The notes below the pieces were generated by a model that was given only the letters and a program-made list of their open reading frames with translations, ran no database searches and was not told where the DNA came from. Both the position numbers and the translations under genes were made by a program. A stretch of DNA of 64,000 nt from Torpedo marmorata (taxonomy: Eukaryota), in assembly GCA_977017645.1 (NCBI GenBank), contig OZ360228.1, positions 97,030,001 through 97,094,000 on the forward strand, written 5' to 3'. This document shows, in pieces, positions 59,690-64,000 of the stretch (its first letter is position 1; every line of letters starts with the position of its first letter).

Positions 59690-62600
59690 TAGTGGATTTG
59701 ATTGAAAGAGATTTGATAAAATTTAATTATGATGGATAGTAAGAATATAAATTTAGTAAGCATTAATATAAATGGGCTTAACAATCCGATTAAAAGAAAG
59801 AGAACCCTAGCATATATTAAAAAGTTGAATGTAGATATAGCTTTTTTACAGGAGACCCATTTGATAGATTCGGAACACCAAAAATTAAAAAGAGAATGGG
59901 TTGGTCAAGTGGTGGCTTCTTCATTTAACTCTAAAGCAAGAGGGGTAGCTATATTAATTAATAAAAAGTTACCTTTTAAGATACAATCGGTAGTTATAGA
60001 TGTGGCAGGAAGATATGTTTTGATACATTGACAGATTTATTCAGAATTTTGGACACTTATGAATTTATATGTGTCAAACGTAGATGATGAGCAATTTATT
60101 CAGGATGCTAATGAGAATATTTTAATTGGGGGAGACTTCAACTGTTGTTTAGATTCAATAATGGATAAAACTTCAAGATCACCTGTTAAAGCTAAAATTG
60201 TTAAAAGAGTTCTTACTTTGATGAAAGATTTAAATTTAATAGATATTTGGAGGAAATTGAATCCTAGGGAAAAAGATTATTCTTTTTATTCTTTTAGACA
60301 TGATTCATATTCCAGGATAGATTTATTTTTATTGTCTTCTCAAGTTCAAGATAGAATAACGCAAGCATCCTATAAAACGAGAATAATTTCTGATCATTCA
60401 CCTTTATTAATATCTTGTATAATTCCGGAAAAAGAAAAAACTGTATATAGCTGGAGATTTAATTCATCTTTATTAAAAAGGAAAGATTTTTGTGAATATA
60501 TGAGAAGGGAAATTCAGGAATTTTTGCAAATAAATTCTAATTCTACTGATAATAAATTTATTATTTGGGAAGCTTTAAAAGCTTATTTAAGAGGTCAAAT
60601 AATAAGTTATTCAGTAAAAATTAAGAAAGATTATCTTAAGGAAGTAGAAAAACTTGAGAAGGAGATTGAATGTTTGGAAAAAGATTTACAAAAAAACAGA
60701 TCAATTCAAAAAAGAAACCATTTAATAGGGAAGAAATTACATTATAATTTATTACAAACATATAAAATGGAAAAATTAATTGAAAGAACTAAACAAAGAT
60801 ATTATGAATTAGGGGAAAGAGCTCATAAAGTTTTGGCATGGCAATTAAAAAAAGATCAAATTTCTAGAACTATAAATGCTATAAAAAAAAACTCTGGAGA
60901 AATAACTTATAAACCTCGAGAAATAAATGATTATTTTAAAGATTATTATTTGAATTTATAAAAATCTCAGATTGATCAAGATGATTCTAAAATTACTAGA
61001 TTTCTATCTAAAATTACATTACCTAAACTGAATACTCAAAGTAGAGAATCTTTAGATTTAACTTTTACAATGAGGGAAGTTAATGAAGTTCTTTCTTCAT
61101 TAAAGAGTGGTAAATCTCCAGGTGAAGATGGGTTTCCATCAGAATTTTATAAGGAGTTTAAAGATTTATTAATACCTCCATATATGGAAGTATTGAATCA
61201 AATTACGGAAACTCACTCATTACCGGATACTTTTTTAAATGCAATAATTACAGTTATACCAAAGAAGGATAGAGATATATTGAAAACTGAATCTTATAGA
61301 CCTATTTCATTATTAAATGTAGACTATAAGATAATGGCAAAAATTTTAGCAAATAGAATGGCTAATTATTTACCAGATTTAATTCATGTAGATCAAGCTG
61401 GTTTTATTAAAAATAGATATTCAAAAGATAATATAGCTAGATTGATTAGCTTAATTAATTTACATAAAAAGAAGGAAGATTTACCATTAGTTTTAACATT
61501 AGACGCTGAAAAGGCTTTTGATAGAGTAGAATGGAATTTTTTATTTGAGGTACTGGAGAAATTTGGCTTTGGAAATACATTTATTAATTGGATTAAAACT
61601 ATATATAAAGAACCATCGGCTAAAGTAGTTACAAATGGACAAATTTCTCCAAAATTTCTTTTGACTCAATCTACTAGACAGGGATGTCCTTTGTCACCAG
61701 CATTATTTATTTTGGCGATAGAACCTTTGGCTGAATTAGTTAGAAAAGATCCTAAAATAGTTGGTATTAAAGTTGGAATGGAAGAACATAAAATTAGTTT
61801 GTTTGCAGATGATGTATTGATATATATGACAAAATCTATTACATCTTTAGTACAATTGTCTATTTTATTGAGAGAATATGGGGAAATAACTGGATATAAA
61901 ATTAATTCTGATAAAAGTGAATTTATGGCATTATCACAAGGGGATTATAGTAGATGTAAAGAAATTACACAATTTAAATGGGCAAGGGAAGGAATTAAAT
62001 ATTTGGGAGTAAGGGCTGATACAAAATTGGCTAATTTATATAAATTAAATTACCTACCATTATTTGTGAAAATAAAGAAAGATTTAGAAAATTGGAAAGA
62101 TTTACCTATAACTTTAATGGGAAGAGTAAACTGTATTAAAATGAATATTTTTCCAAGAATTCAATATCTTCTTCAATCAATTCCTTATGGAATTCCTCAA
62201 AACATTTTTAAAGATTTAAATTCAATTATTAGGAAATTTTTATGGAAAGGAAAGTTAGCAAGAGTAGGTGTGGAAAAATTAACTTGGAATTATGAAATGG
62301 GTGGCTTACAACTTCCTAATTTTCAAAATTATTATAAAGCAGCTCAATTAAAATTTGTTAATGAATTTTTTGATTCAACTGAATTTCCTGCTTGGATTAA
62401 AATAGAATTAAATAATATAGGTGATGACTCCAAAGAAGAAATTATTTATAAATGGGATTCTAAATTAATATCAACAAGAAAGAAAAATTCGCCTATTTTT
62501 AAACATTTGTTAGAAATATGGAAAAAGACAGATAAGGAAATAGGTGGAAAAGGATTGATTTCTTCAAGGATGCCTTTATATCAAAATGGACTTATTCCAT

Positions 62601-63759
62601 TTACTGTTAATAATCAATTATTTAAAATTTGGTTTCAAAAAGGTATTAAAAAGATTAAAGATTGTTTTGAAGCTGGGAAATTTATTACTTTTCAAAGAAT
62701 GAAAGATAAATTTAATATATCAGATAATACACTTTTTGCTTATTATCAAATTAGAGCTTTTTTGATTGAGAAATTAGGTTATGCTTTGATTCTACCAAGA
62801 CAAAATGAATTAGAATTATTAGTTACTAATGGAGATGTTAATACATTTATTTCTCAAATGTATAAATTGTTTCAGAGGAAACTGCCTAAAATAGGATTAC
62901 ATAAATCAAGATTAAAATGGGAATTAGATTTGAATGTAAGAATAGATGAAAATCATTGGAAAGAATTATGTAAATTTAGTATGACGAAGATTATTAATGT
63001 TAGATACAGATTAGTACAGTATAATTTTTTTCATCAACTACATTTAACACCTAAAAAATTAAAGAAATTTAATCCGACACTATCAGGTTTATGTTTTAGA
63101 TGTAATAAAGAAGAAGGTTCTTTTGTACATTCTACATGGTTTTGTCCAAAAGTTTATGATTTTTGGTTTAAAGTTAAAAAATGTTTAGATAAAGTATTTA
63201 AAATTACATTCCCAATGGATCCTATGATATTTTTGTTTGGAGATATTAGAAAATTTAGTATTAAGATGAAATTAAATATGTATCAAATAGAATTTTTGCG
63301 AATTGCTTTAGCTGTTTCAAAAAAATGCATTGCTATTACTTGGAAATCTGATTTAGATTTAGGATTAGAAAGATGGCATGCAGAACTTCGTTCGTGTATA
63401 CCACTTGAAAAAATTACCTATAATTTACGTAATAAATATCATTTTTTCTTAAAAATTTGGAGCCCATATATGAAAGCTGTTGGTTTAAGGATTTGAAGAT
63501 CGCTGGATATCGGATCTACTGGCACACTTGACCTCCATAATAGAATTAGTTTATAGATGGCATTCCCCTTACATTTCTTTCTTTCTTTTTTCTATTTTTA
63601 CTTTTTATTATATTTTTATTAGATTAGTGGGGGTGGGGGGGTTGGGGAGGGGAGGGAGGGAGGGGGGGAGAAAATGTATCACAAATAATTTGATAATTTT
63701 ATATTCTATTTTATGTATTTTGTGATTTAAAATTTTAAATAAAATATTAAAAAAATAAA
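59690..63759 (+). mobile_element. L1 truncated just upstream of ORF2; ORF2 59729-63496 nearly intact; 14 bp TSD with one mismatch
   Basis: GAAATAAGAGTAGG at 59676-59689 and GAAATAGGAGTAGG at 63760-63773. ORFs 59729, 60059 and 61070 share one frame with stops at 60029 and 60959. EN (LQETH, GGDFN, SDH), RT (FADD), CFRC...HSTWFC; G-rich 3' UTR. Confidence 0.95.
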
Positions 63760-63796
63760 GAAATAGGAGTAGGAACATTTTTATAGAACTACTTAC

Positions 63797-63855
63797 TCTC
63801 CAGACCAAGTCCATGTGTCTAAGTCAAGGTAATGCAAATCATTGATTCTTGTTTC
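63797..63855 (-). CDS. KLHDC1: KLHDC1 coding exon (59 nt); upstream exons lie beyond the window end
   Basis: ttttgactttcag | ETRINDLHYLDLDTWTWSG(E) | gtaagt; matches recalled KLHDC1 TRMNDLHYLNLDTWTWSG. Confidence 0.94.
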
Positions 63856-64000
63856 CTGAAAGTCAAAAATTAAAGCAGATACATTTAAACATCACCTCAA
63901 ATGCAGGAGAGATATAAACTTCCCCAGTTTTTCGAAACCACAAATTGTCTTTCACAGCAATAAGATATAGATGGAGTACAACCATGTAAATTCATTCATT

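Overview
Eukaryotic, not prokaryotic, DNA: a repeat-dense vertebrate locus whose repeat complement (V-SINEs, CR1, Rex1/Babar, Penelope tails) points to a cartilaginous fish, probably a ray (inference). The only host gene found is the 3' half of KLHDC1 on the minus strand: six coding exons at 63855-63797, 56311-56199, 32897-32825, 9414-9330, 7368-7316 and 4088-3956, all GT-AG and phase-compatible, none present in the ORF track. Two ~23 kb introns are filled with transposons: a young Mag-like Gypsy provirus plus two relatives, a rearranged Gmr1-like Gypsy, three L1s, several Rex1/Babar and CR1 LINEs, two TA-flanked MITEs and SINEs. Main observations: (1) the Mag-like Gypsy elements have no tRNA primer-binding site and instead carry a co-varying 13-17 nt complement of their own LTR poly(A)-signal region, suggesting self-priming and/or poly(A)-site occlusion; (2) the complete provirus keeps one open Gag-PR-IN frame while lacking the RT catalytic core and the RNase H N-terminus; (3) a twin-primed, 5'-inverted L1; (4) a microhomology-bounded 248 bp inverted templated duplication inside a five-layer nested insertion stack. 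Boundaries of old CR1/SINE fragments are approximate and family names come from motif recognition, not database searches.
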